Origin: Selaginella moellendorffii
Lineage: Eukaryota; Plantae; Lycopodiophyta
Assembly: GCF_000143415.4 (NCBI RefSeq)
Contig: NW_003314262.1
Location: 410,078 to 474,077 of the forward strand
Direction of reading: 5' to 3'
Length of the DNA stretch: 64,000 nucleotides
This document shows positions 37,960 through 49,613 of this stretch, piece after piece. Position 1 is the first letter of the stretch. Every line of letters begins with the position of its first letter. Position numbers and translations under genes: made by a program. A model generated the notes under the pieces. That model saw only the letters and a program-made list of their open reading frames with translations. It was not told the DNA's origin and searched no databases.

Positions 37960-39962
37960 TTCAATGTTATCTTTTTCTAACGAATCTAATTGTGAAGGTG
38001 TAGCAAGAGGCATTGCTAGTCTGGAGAAGTCACCCTTAGCAGAAGATGGGGTGGAAGGCCACATCGGCCGCAAGAACTTCCTTGAGATTCTGCTTCGTTT
38101 GGATGAGGCTGTGCATTCACCGGGCTACCAGCCTTGTCGGAATGGCATGAGGCCTCACGTGATAACCCTACAATCTGACGGCCAACATATTCACTGGGAT
38201 GGCATGGGGCCCCATGCGATACTGCAAGCCTTTGCTCCTCCTCCAACTGAACCCTATATGGGGTTCGATCGACAAGGGCCTTATGCAAGGGTTGGCCGTT
38301 CAGCTCATTCTGTGCACTTTGTAGAGACCTTAAGTGTTTTGCTAGGGACGCAATCATCATGTTTGCACCCCCGCCACCCCATAGAGGTACAAAGAAGTTC
38401 CCATGGTTTTGGGCACCATGCCCATGAGCGATTATGCCAAACAGAGACACAGGCAGTTGCATGGATGAAGAGATTGCCTTGGGGGCAGGATTGAGTCGAG
38501 GTAAGCACGTCTTTTTCTGGTCCATTTTGTCGTGGATGATGCAGAGGTAAGAGTCAGGTCTCTCCATGGAGAGAATCCTGTTATGATAATATGCAGTCCT
38601 GTAGCTTCTCTACTTGATGTTGTGGTCGAGCTGCCTTCTAACCAACGTCTCTCGCTCTTGAGCGATGCAAGAATTCTTCGACAAAGCCATTTTGATAGCA
38701 GTGCACTCGTCACACTTTGAAAAGCTGGAGTACTTTCCTATACTCACATCCCTGAACCTGTTGCTCCACAATCTACTAAATCTAGATTGGCTCAGCTTCC
38801 TGTAGCCATTACTCTGGAGTTCCCGATTCACATCTTCCAATATGGCCCCCTTGGTATACATGGAAGGGAGAACTCGTTGGGTGTCTCGTGTTCCATCTTC
38901 CAAGAGGCGGGTTTTATGTGGTTGCTGCTCGCTACATGTCTCGACAAACCTCTTGAAGATTGCCTCTCCATATACAATATGACCCCTGGTTTTGTGCGTA
39001 CCGTCGTTCCCATGGACTGCCTGTTGAACCCTTTGTTCCTCGAACTCAGTTTTGATTTTGTAGAATGTGGTTCGAGGGACTCCATAAATGATTCTCCATG
39101 CCTTCATGTAGACAAAACCCCTCTGGAAGACCATGCCCCCCACCTGATGTTCTGAAGCATCAACAGATGACCGTAATGCCTCATACACAAAATTGCGAGC
39201 TGCCTTCCAGGACAATGTCTTGTATCTTGCTCTCTCCTCTTCAATAGCATCCCAATCAGCATGTTGACAGCACCTCCTCTTGCAACAAGCAACTATTGAG
39301 ACCATTCGAACCTCCATCGCCATTTTCTGCCTTTTCGGTTCGTTGCTCAGATCCCTTTGGCTGCGCTTTAGGAAGGTGTACTTTCTTTTCCCATGAAGAG
39401 ATGTTCTGTCATCAGTTGTAGTGGTGTTTGATTGTGAATCCTTCACATTCTCAAACACTAAGTGCCTCAATTTCCACCGCACAATGCTTCCAATAGTCAG
39501 ACTGTTTTCTTCTGTGTCAACAACCTCTAAAATCGCAACTCCAATATCATCCCAGCCCAATTCTTGATTAGCAACCGCATCTCTTGGATCGACAACTGTG
39601 GCTAAGCCCTCAGCTACCACCTCCCCCTCGGGGTTGTTTAGAAACACCTTTGCCTGAATCCATGTAGCACGGTTCTTAAGATCCACGGAGGGAACATGCG
39701 TCGCACTTGCGCTGTCCCCAACATCTGCTTTCTTCTGAAGATTTTTCAAGGCAACAACAACATTTACCCCGACGACCATCTCTCTTCGTTCAATAGCGAC
39801 CACATTCCCATCGAAGACAGTCTCTACTGATATAGCAGCATTGCCTTCCCCAAGCCTTTGACAGTGTATAACAAAGTTCCGATCCATAGACACAAGGGTC
39901 GCTTTTGCAACTCTCTTCCCACCATTCAAAATGTAAACCTTTTCCCCAACCCTGAAGGCCAT
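37960..39962 (-). pseudogene. Transposase, DUF7869/Sola-like, one premature stop, C-terminally decayed
   Basis: CCKRRCCQH, FSKCDECTAIK, H..K*RSYRTAYY, LCIIHDKMDQKKTCLPRL, FGIIAHGHG, GANMMIASL, and a decayed QLDS..KDN near 37985. ORFs 38610-39962 and 38016-38567 are in the same frame. Confidence 0.75.
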
Positions 39963-40115
39963 TCTGAAAGTGCAGAAAAGAAGTTAAGACCATACAAAAA
40001 ATGATTGGAGAATGGCCTAAATCATAACATACCAAACAACCTCAATAGCATGAGGCCACATGCCATTATTCAAACATGCTATTGCCACCCACGTGAAATT
40101 TCGCATTCACAAAAT

Positions 40116-40331
40116 TGGCATGAGGCCTCATGCCATCTTGATAAACACACAGCTACAGGCAGGTAAAAAAACTATTGGCAATATGCTAGTGATGAACTTG
40201 CAAGGCCCCAAGATGGCATGAGGCCTCATGCCATCTTGATATACACACAGCTGCAGGCAAGTAAAAACATACATGACAATACGCTAGCCATGAAATTGCA
40301 AGGGCCCAAGATGGCATGTGGTCTCATGCCA
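40116..40331. repeat. 98-bp tandem repeat, each unit starting with the 20-bp palindrome
   Basis: Units start at 40116, 40214 and 40312. 40209-40238 is a perfect 30-bp palindrome CAAGATGGCATGAGGCCTCATGCCATCTTG. Confidence 0.9.
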
Positions 40332-40419
40332 TTTCTAAATGTGGTCCTAAACCATTCCATGGTGAACATACCAGGAAGCACAAGTGCCGAATATCAAGAG
40401 GAAGCGGTAGCCACACCAA

Positions 40420-40560
40420 AGACAGTGCCGCTCGCAACACCGCAACTACTCGTAGTGCCGCTCGCAACACTGCAACTGCTCGTAGCGCCGCTCGCACAAA
40501 TTGCCACTCGCATAAACTGCTGCTCGCAATGGCGCTCGCAATGCCGCAACCGCTTGTAGA
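40420..40560. repeat. ~30-bp degenerate tandem repeat (GTGCCGCTCGCAACAC...)
   Basis: Repeated gtgccgctcgcaacac/ctcgta units. Confidence 0.75.
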
Positions 40561-40682
40561 CGCATAAACCACAGCTCACAACGCCGCTTACACAAGCAGC
40601 GCTCACTGCGCTCAGCGGAACCAAGAACACGGCGCACAAAAATGATAGACCTAGGAATGAGTTCGAGAATTCAAAAATAACA

Positions 40683-42614
40683 CACGCTTGAACGTCACAT
40701 CAAATCCTCTGACAAACCAGATCTTATGATTCCTCTGACAAATTTCAAACTGAGTAGCTTCTAGACTTTGCTGTCGGAGGTTGAACTTTGTCACATCATG
40801 TCCTTGCCTCGATCCAGCTGTGCCATGTCAGTGATTCGAACTTTGCCATGCCGTGTCAGCGATCCGCGCCAAGATTATTCGCCGTGTAAAGGAATAATTA
40901 TGCTGTGTGTGTACGTCCATTTATGGCAATATAAGGCCACACGCTATTCAAAGAATAATGCTAGTCGAGCATTTTTTGGTGCATTTTTGGGTTCAAAATT
41001 GCATGAGCCCACACGCTATAAAGTTTACCTGTACCAAAAATAGAAACAACTTTATTTACTTGGGAATTTAAGTGGTTGAGGCATTTTTAAACTTACAAAC
41101 ACATGCCCTACTTACATTCCTTTGGTTGCTTAAAATTCAAAAATATTATAAACCTTTCTTTTTGCATTTTCAATGTTTTCAATTATGATTTTTGATTTTC
41201 GCAGGACCAGCCTAGTAATCTATTTGCATCCCGTCATGTTTATAGCTAGCTTTCGTTTGTCCCCTTCGCTAGCCTGAGATACATCTGCTCGGCATCTGCC
41301 TCTTACAGCATTTGCCCAGAAAGGGCATCTTTCTTCACGCAGCATTTGCCACATGTTTAGGGTTTAGGGTTTAGGGTTTAGCAATTCAGTAGCTTGATAA
41401 ACATGCAAATACAGAACTTGATGCAAAATCCTTTGATATGTCACAATGCCCCTAGGACCATAAACACATTTCAATAGAGAGGGTTCTTTCATTTTATAAC
41501 TCCTTACGTAGATCTTGGTGAAACCAGAGTTAGTGAAGTTAGTTTCTTGTGATCCCGCATCTGATTGTGATGTCCTTTTGCAGTGTCGATGGAAAGGTCA
41601 ATACACACCAAACTGTAAAATCTTGGAGCAAAATAACGGTCGGATCTATGGCAAATGCCCCTGAAACATTGTAAGGCTTGTGTGGTCTCATGTGGTGGCT
41701 GATCGAGATGCTTCTTTGCAGAGTCATCAAGAAAGACATTGTACACCATTCTGTAAAATCTAGTTGCGATCTAACGGTTGGATCTCCAGAAAACTCAAAA
41801 AAATCTCGCACGTGTTAGAATATTCTAGGAATATACTCCTATGTGCCCCTTAAAATGGCATGCGGCCCCATGCCATTCAAGAGATAACGCCAGATGACGC
41901 TGAGCATTTTTTGGTGCATTTTTTGGGATCAAAATTGCATGAGCCCACACGCTTGAACGTCACATCAAATCCTCTGACAAACTAGATCTTATAATTCCTC
42001 TGACAAATTTCAAACTGAGTAGCTTCTAGACTTTGCTGTTGGACGTTGAACTTTGTCACATCATGTCCTTGCCTCGATCCAGCTGTGCTATGTCAGTGAT
42101 TCGAACTTTGCCATGCCATGTCAGCGATCCGCGCCAAGATTATTCGCCGTGTAACTGCTCGGCATCTGCCTCTTACAGCATTTGCCCAGAAAGGGCATCT
42201 TTCTTCACGCAGCATTTGCCACATATTTAGGGTTTAGGGTTTAGCAATTCAGTAGCTTGATAAACATGCAAATACAGAACTTGATGCAAAATCCTTTGAT
42301 ATGTCACAATGCCCCTAGGACCATAAACACATTTCAATAGAGAGGGTCCTTTCATTTCATAACTCCTTAGGTAGATCTTGGTGAAACTAGAGTTAGTAAA
42401 GTTGGTTTTTTGTGATCCCGCATCTGATTGTGATGTCTCTTTGCAGTGTCGATGGAAAGGTCAATGCACACCAAACTGTAGAATCTTGGAGCAAAATAAC
42501 GGTCGGATCTATGGCAAATGCCCCTGAAACATTGTAAGGCTTGTGTGGTCTCATGTGGTGTCCGATCGAGATGCTTCTTTGCAGGGTCATCAAGAAGGAC
42601 ATTGTATACCATTC
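40683..42614. repeat. Internal segmental duplication in the transposon, including (TTTAGGG)n tracts
   Basis: 40683-40888 matches 41948-42153; 41285-41750 matches 42155-42614. TTTAGGG repeats at ~41356-41381 and ~42226-42244. Confidence 0.9.
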
Positions 42615-43277
42615 TTTATTTAGCTGAACATCTGGCATTTTTGGAAATACAAGATGCTTTGGAATATCCAATCATGCATGGTATAAATATAGCGAGGGTA
42701 TTAAATGATATCCCAATCATGATCTTTCTTTTGGATTTCGCGTGCATGCAGTTCGAGGAATGATGACGTTGCCGATTTCTTTTGGATTTCACGTGCATGC
42801 ATGCGCGCGGCGATCCAGAAATTAATGGTGAGGAATGATGACGTTGCGGGATTACCAACCGTCGTGACATTTCGCGCGTGTGAGGTTAGGTTTTGCATTT
42901 TGCTTCGTACTCGCGCTCGCACACTTGCGCTCGCATCGCGCTCCCACTCGCGATCACGCTCACATTCGCGCTCATCTACCTTCTCTACAGGTTTCTCGTG
43001 TGCATCGGTGTCCACTCGTGCTTGCATCACACTCGCGCTCACATCGCGCTCGTGTGCATCAGAGTCCACTTCAAGACACACCCAGTTTGTAACTTTGCCA
43101 CCAACTCCGCCGCCCACTCCGCCACCCACACGCAGCCCACTTGGCGTCCCGGGAGATTTCAGCGCCACTCTCCAACTGTAAGTGGCCGAGTAGCCTTGCT
43201 GCTACGATCCGCTACACACACAGTGCACATTCGCCAATGAGTCCGGCCTCGATTGTCACGCCTCCATTCGGCTTCAA

Positions 43278-46200
43278 ATGGTAAGTCTTTTAGGCCAAGT
43301 AGAAAATGGCATGAGGCCACATGCCATTCAGTAGCAACATTGGCATACACCGATTGGGCTCTCGAGTGCAGTTCGGTTACAGATGGCGTGTAGCCTCACG
43401 CCATCTTAGGATGCAGCCTCAAGACATCTGATGCAGTGGTGAATGGCGTGTGGCCTCACGTTATTTCCAGCTGCTAGCTTTTCATCTGTCAGCTCTAATT
43501 GTTGTGCATTTCTGAACAGGCGAGGAATTGCGTTCTTCTTCCAGCCGCTGTCAATGTGGATGCAGAGAAGGGGGAGGAGCTCACCAGTTGGACTTTTGGG
43601 ATGGAAGGCGAGGATCTGAGGCTGTACAACACAGATGGTGGGAAAAAAGAATGCATGGGGATCCTCATCCAAGTGACAGACACTCCATGCAGTTCCATGC
43701 AAGAATATGGACTGGCACTTGTGGTAGAGACAGCGTCCGCCTTCAAGATCCACCTTGCACATCCTAGCGGCTTCCCGGAGGGGGGCAACGGCTATGAGGA
43801 ATTCCTAGAGGGAGCTAGGGAGAGGTTGTCCAGGAGGCCCACAATTTCAAAGACGCTGCAGGTCTATGAAGATCACATGGAATCCACGGACTTCACCTAC
43901 GGCGATGTTCAAAAACTATATTCCAACATTGAGCCGTTGAGAGTGACTCCAGTTCGCGAAGCAAAGGGGAAGGGGGTCGATCTGGAAACTACCCCGAAGC
44001 AGAAAAGTGTGGTCAAGCTCAAGCCGACGTCCGACTCTCCTGCTCCAAAAAAGAAGCTACTCAGTGATGCCATTGCCTCGGGTTTGAACACTACACCCAC
44101 CAAAAAGAAGAGCTGCAAAGAGCAGAAAGAGCAAGAAGAGGCAGCAAAAATCGTTGCAGATAATAGTACTTGTTACTATTCCAACAAAGTATATACAATC
44201 GACGTAAGCCACATCAACATCCAAAGCAAATACAACCACAGGCTAGTATCTGATGAGTGGGTGGAGAAACTAAAGCAGAAGATGCTGGCAAGTCTAGTAA
44301 CACCCGACATCGCAAACGTGATCCCCTACTACCGAACAATGAAGGGCGAGACGAGGTTTCCAGACTTGATCAATAGGAAGGTGTTGGACGATCAGAACAT
44401 CCAGTTCTATGCCGTCTCCGGGCAGCATTCTAGCTTGGCAATGCAAGAGATAGTTGTGGATATTATGGTGGGCGAGGAGGTGAAGAAAGTCTTCAAGACA
44501 AGAGTTGTCCGCCTGATAAAAGACAACTCGCCCCTCCGATCTATCATATACATCTCCCACGCGCAGAATGTCAAGCAAGAAACGTGCTACAAATCGGGTT
44601 TTCATGAGACATTGGCACGAATACGGAAGCTCTGGGTTCAACTGAAGAAGCCACAAAAACCAGGACAAGGACGTGCACTAGCAACTAGCGCTTGGCAGGT
44701 AAGCCTCGTTGCATGTGGCATAGCATGTGGCCTCACGCCATTTCCATTGCAGGAATTCTCGAGTCTTCTCTCGAAAACACTGGGGGTCAATGACACACTC
44801 AGCATCCATAACATTCTACTCGCGACAAAAGTTGTTTTTGACAAATGGGTAGATGTGCTGAGGAGGTACCATGACGGGGAGTTGCTAAACTCAATGGGTG
44901 TGGAGGACGGCCGGAAGCCCAATGATTTGAAGCTCAACGCCTTGTGTTTCTCGCGGTCTCTAGACGACGACGACCTTCTGACAGTGGCTAATGCTCTTCT
45001 ACGTGGTGAGGTAGTCTTCAACAAGACCAAAATGACTCCCGGCCATATTGTGACATACGAGGACTTGTGCACGACTCTGAGAGCTCGTGCGCTATTGAAG
45101 GATTGGATCTTTGAGCAAGTGGCCGTGGAGAGGGTGAGCATCGACACCACGCAAGAGATGATGGAAGAGCTGGAGTTGTCAAATGAAGACATCGACGAGT
45201 ACGTGAAGGGGGCCCCCAAGTTCATCGATCTGCTGCGGGATGCCACGAAAAGTAAAGCTGAGAAGTTGGATCAGTATCCAAATTTCATTAAGAGGGATGT
45301 CGACCGCCGGCTTTAGAAACAGCTCGACCCCGCAGTAGAGGCCTATCAAGAATCTTACCGGGTATACGTGAATTCGGATGAGGATCAAAGGTGGAGGAGC
45401 ATCGTTTCCCGCGGAGATGAGCAGGTCAAGAACATCTTTTGTGTGATGGACTTCACAAATGAGGAGATCACTCATGCAGACGAAGTCAGCTCCATCATTG
45501 ACTTAATGGTGGGACTTGCGGAGGTGCAATTTTTAGTCCACTATATGATCTACGACTCCGAATCCTATCACAAGTTCTGGAAGGCATTGAACGAGGTGAA
45601 GGCTCGGTTGAAAAGCAAGGAGATGCGGGAGATCCATGGGATAATGGCTAAGAAGAAGATACCGACGAATGTCCACATCTTCACACTCGCTCTTGTTATT
45701 GGTCCTGCAGCAGAGTGGGACTGGAGTGACTTCCCAGCTTCGTTCGACAAGGCCAATCGAATTGATCTGAGGGAGGTCAATTTACCCATACCTGAGGAAC
45801 TGAAGACGGCTATGGAGCTTTCGAATCCAGAGAAAGCTCCAGGTGCAGCATGGGAAATGCTCAGCTGGGTCTTCAATGCAATAGCGGGTGGGTCACCTGC
45901 TTCCGACTCCAAGGGCAAATGCGTTGTCGAGTACAACTACGGCAGACTATTCTTTCGAGCCGCACTACTCAAGGGTGTCCCGTGTATTGCGGTGACAAAC
46001 TCCATTGAATAGGTGACTTCAATGGAGCATATAATTACAGTTGCCAAAGAAAAATAGTATCTTCTCTGCGAACCTGGTGAGTACGCACTTTAAGTTTGAA
46101 TGTTATCTCACAAGCTCTGTATGCAGGAGCGTGGCCACCCCCAGATGCTGAAACGGCGTTAACAGCTGTTGTTGAAGATACCCATGTTGGGACGAGCTCA

Positions 46201-49200
46201 CAACCTGCAAAAGGTAAGGTCACGTGAGGCCTCACGCCATTTTGATTATAGATCGTTGTGAATATTCAGACACGAGGACTGAAAAGCGCACTGGTGGCGC
46301 GTCGAAGAAGGACAAACAGACAAGCAAGAGGAAAAAAGGAGGTACAAATTATATTTGCAATGGCGTGTGGTCTCATGCCATTCCTTGCAGGAGACACTTC
46401 TTCAAAGGGAAGGCATGAGGACGTACAGAAGGCAAAACAGGCAAACACCAGCCAAGTACAACGGACGAGAGGTACCAATCATTTTTGTTATACATGAATT
46501 CTCATGCCATTGCTTCTTGCAGCTCAAATTCCAAAGAGACTAGGGCAAGCAGCGCAGACCTCACGACAAGAACCTGAAGGTTTGATGGCGTGTGGCCCCA
46601 CGCAATTAACTAATGTTCTTGCAGATCGCGTCAAGGAAATCGAACGGAACAACGTGCCTCCAGTGGAGGAGGGGGAGGCCTCGGAGAGTGATAAGGAGAG
46701 TTCCGAAACAGGTACGATCATGACATATGGCCCCATGCACTTATCTAAGTTTCTATTTCAGGGGAACGAGTTGAACCAATGGAAAACTTTATGAAAGGTA
46801 ACTTAAAAATATTATGGGATGTTGCATGTGTTGATGCAATAATATACAGTTCAAGTGCCAAGGAGACGTCGTGAACCTTGAATTAGGCTACCTGCAAAAC
46901 AGCTTTCAGACGCTGTAGACGAAGAGATGGACAACCGACCAGGGCAGAGGAGGAAGGGTAAAAGCATTTGTGTGCTTATCGCGTATGTCCTCATGCTATT
47001 TCTGTAGAATGGGTGCATAAGAAACGAAAGCGAAAGGGAATTGAGGAGCAGGCACCTGAGGATGCGGAAGGCACGACAGAGCCTCCAAGGACGGGAAGTA
47101 AAGCGTCATGGTTATTGCGTGGGTCCTCATGCCATTTCTTGCAGATCAAGCTCAAACTGACAGTGGTCATAAAAAGCGAAAGCACGTTGGACAGTCGTCG
47201 GGATCAGAGGCGTTTGATTCGAAAAGGAAGAAGGGCAACGAAAAGATGATATGTAATGCCTCGCGGTTATGGCATGTGTGCTCATGCCATTCATTGCAGA
47301 TCAAGGGCTGAGTGAAAGCAGCCAGTCACCACCTCCTGACTCAGATTCCTATGGCAGACTCCCCTTCCCCAATCTCAATGGAGAGGTACAATGGATGAGG
47401 GATGCTTTTCAAGTCAGGGCCACGTTTTTCTCATTTCGTCGTCTTCGAAGGGTGCAAGAACATGCAGAAACCATGTTAAGACAGTCGGGTGAGGATACAG
47501 TCCTAGGTCACGCACTAAAACAGGCTATGGATGTCTTGTATTTTGAGATGGAGACTCGGCCAGATGATTTTCCCAAGATGGTCCTGGAAGAACAAGCCAT
47601 CCAGCCTGAGCAGCCTATGGAAGAAATGCAGGAGGGGGATGAGGAGCCAGAGAAAGATAATGAGTAGGAAGAGCAGAAGGACGAAGAGGAGGACAAAGAA
47701 GAGGAGGATGAAGAAGAGGAGGACGAAGAGGACTTGGATGGTCCTCACAATGGTGACGATCACAATAACGATGACGACGATGATGACAACGATGGCCAAC
47801 CTAAGGTGGCCAAAGAGCAGCGGAGGAAGGTCATACAAGACAAACCATCAGATAAATAATAGTACATCCATTCCTAACCTTTTACCATTTCTAACATTGT
47901 CCATGTAGGTCGCAGAGCAAATGGTAAGTAGAGATTATTCAGTTGAATTAAGATACAAACTCTAGCCTTTAGTGTCGAGGAAGGATAGTGCCAAGCAAGG
48001 GTCGAAACGTATGTCCAATCCTTTAGAATCAGCAGTGCGCCCAAGTGATATCGGTCCTAGTTCCTCAATAGCAGTTGATGGTAAATACAGTATAGTCGAT
48101 TCAATGTGCTAATGAGTTTGTTTTTAGTAGCACGGGCGGATACCATCTCAATCGAAGGGAGATATTTGGACATGCATATGGATCCGCCAGTGGACTCTAC
48201 TTGCCTGCAAGAGTCATCAGAGCTGGTGGAGGCTACTATCCATATCAACGCCAAGCAAGCTGACCACGCTCCACTTGATGCTGCCCATACCACTGAGTCA
48301 ATCTTGTCCACGTATCCAACTGACGGTGACCAGGCGCCATTGGACCCGCATGAGGCCGCCCCAGCCGCCGAGCCGGTCGTATCCTCATTTCCAACGGACT
48401 CAACGTGTGCCCAATCGTCTGACTATGCGCCATTGGAACCTCCCTACACCGCCCCTGCTGCCTGTTCGGTCATGTCCACTTTGCCAATGGAGGCACCCGC
48501 TGAAATGGTGTGTGATCTCATGCCATCGGAACCACCCCATGCCACTGTTGAGCCAGTTGTACCAGAGTCTACAGCTGAAATGGCATGTGCCCACACGCCA
48601 TCGGATGCGATTGACCCCACATTGCAGATGAGAGTATTTCCGCCCTTCACGTTTCCTCGACCAAAACCCTCTCAACAACCATCGGGAGCACCATTCGCTA
48701 ATATTGTAGATGGTAAAATTGACTTGTACCATTTTTTATGCTGACGCATTTCATTTCAGAGTCATGGCGAAGGTACTGTATCGTTTTTTATCTGAACGGT
48801 GTCCTTTTCTCCCATGAGCGTGGCTCATCCTCGAATGTCACTGCACCCTCCAAAGCCTGCGGTCGCAAGTTGGTCAAAAGAGACAGATTCACATTAATCA
48901 CATGGGAGAAACTGCGGGATCTAATAATGACCATGCGACACTTAAAACAGAGGGCTGGGTTCAATTTGCAATTGGGAGTTTGGACATCCATGATGCACCA
49001 CAATGCATTAACATTGCTACAGATGATGCACGATCAGACGCGAGTAATATTACCATTTGACTTTCTCCTAACGCAGGAGGATTGCTTGACTATGGTCCAT
49101 GTGAGGGGTAGCAAGCCCATCTTCGTCAAGCCAGAGGCTGTAGTGATGAACCGGACTGCTAGGTCAAGTGAAATCCTCATCATCGATGACTCACCGATTA

Positions 49201-49613
49201 AAACTGCAGCGAACACACACACATATGCAATGCACCCCATCTCTTGCAGTATGGAAACTAAGGAGAAGAAACCATATGTTCTGGGGGACCTTGCAAAATG
49301 GCTTGGAGCGATGGTGATAGAGATCCGGCCAGTCCAGGAGGTGGCTGCAGAAATCAACCAAATGGCAGATGAAACGGTATATCAGAAGCCATTTGATCAG
49401 ACAGACACCAGTCATCATTTATGGCATGTATATTGTCTAGCCAAGCACTATCCGCATCTCCATAATCTGCTCAACCGGATGGGTTCTTCGACCACTGAAC
49501 ATGAGCGTGGACGTATTAGAGAAGAGATGGCATTACTATTGGGTTTAAATCCTGATAGTGTGGAGAGTGATGAAATCCAAGATTATTATATAGGCGTTGG
49601 AGGCAAAAAATAA
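43278..49613 (+). pseudogene. Large spliced transposon cargo gene: ParB-like domain, possible degenerate amino-MTase-like region, low-complexity mini-exons, acidic tract, FCP1/HAD phosphatase-like domain
   Basis: ATG at 43278 is followed by intron 43281-43519. Then YTIDVSHINI...HRLVSDEWVEKLKQKM...FYAVSGQHSSLA; NPEK...LSWVF...GKCVVEYNYGRLFFRAALLKGVPCIAV; IVFYLNGVL...GVWTS...LIIDDSPIK..N. Several in-frame TAG/TGA stops. Confidence 0.7.

Noticed and set aside
42700-43240. ORFs with RSRSHSRS / ERERD repeats upstream of the cargo gene
   Set aside because: Low-complexity CG-rich promoter-like sequence open on both strands. No splice link or domain evidence.
45314-46060. Stop-codon readthrough or RNA editing of the in-frame TAGs
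   Set aside because: C>T decay of a methylated transposon is the simpler explanation. U-to-C editing is organellar.
40046-47290. Palindromic repeats with variable spacers as a CRISPR array
   Set aside because: Spacing is irregular, copies are degenerate and intron-embedded, there are no cas genes, and the context is eukaryotic.
44699-47299. Palindrome-containing introns as Introner/MITE insertions
   Set aside because: The introns share only the internal palindrome, with no common termini or TSDs, and are confined to one element. Tandem unit amplification fits better, though this is not fully excluded.
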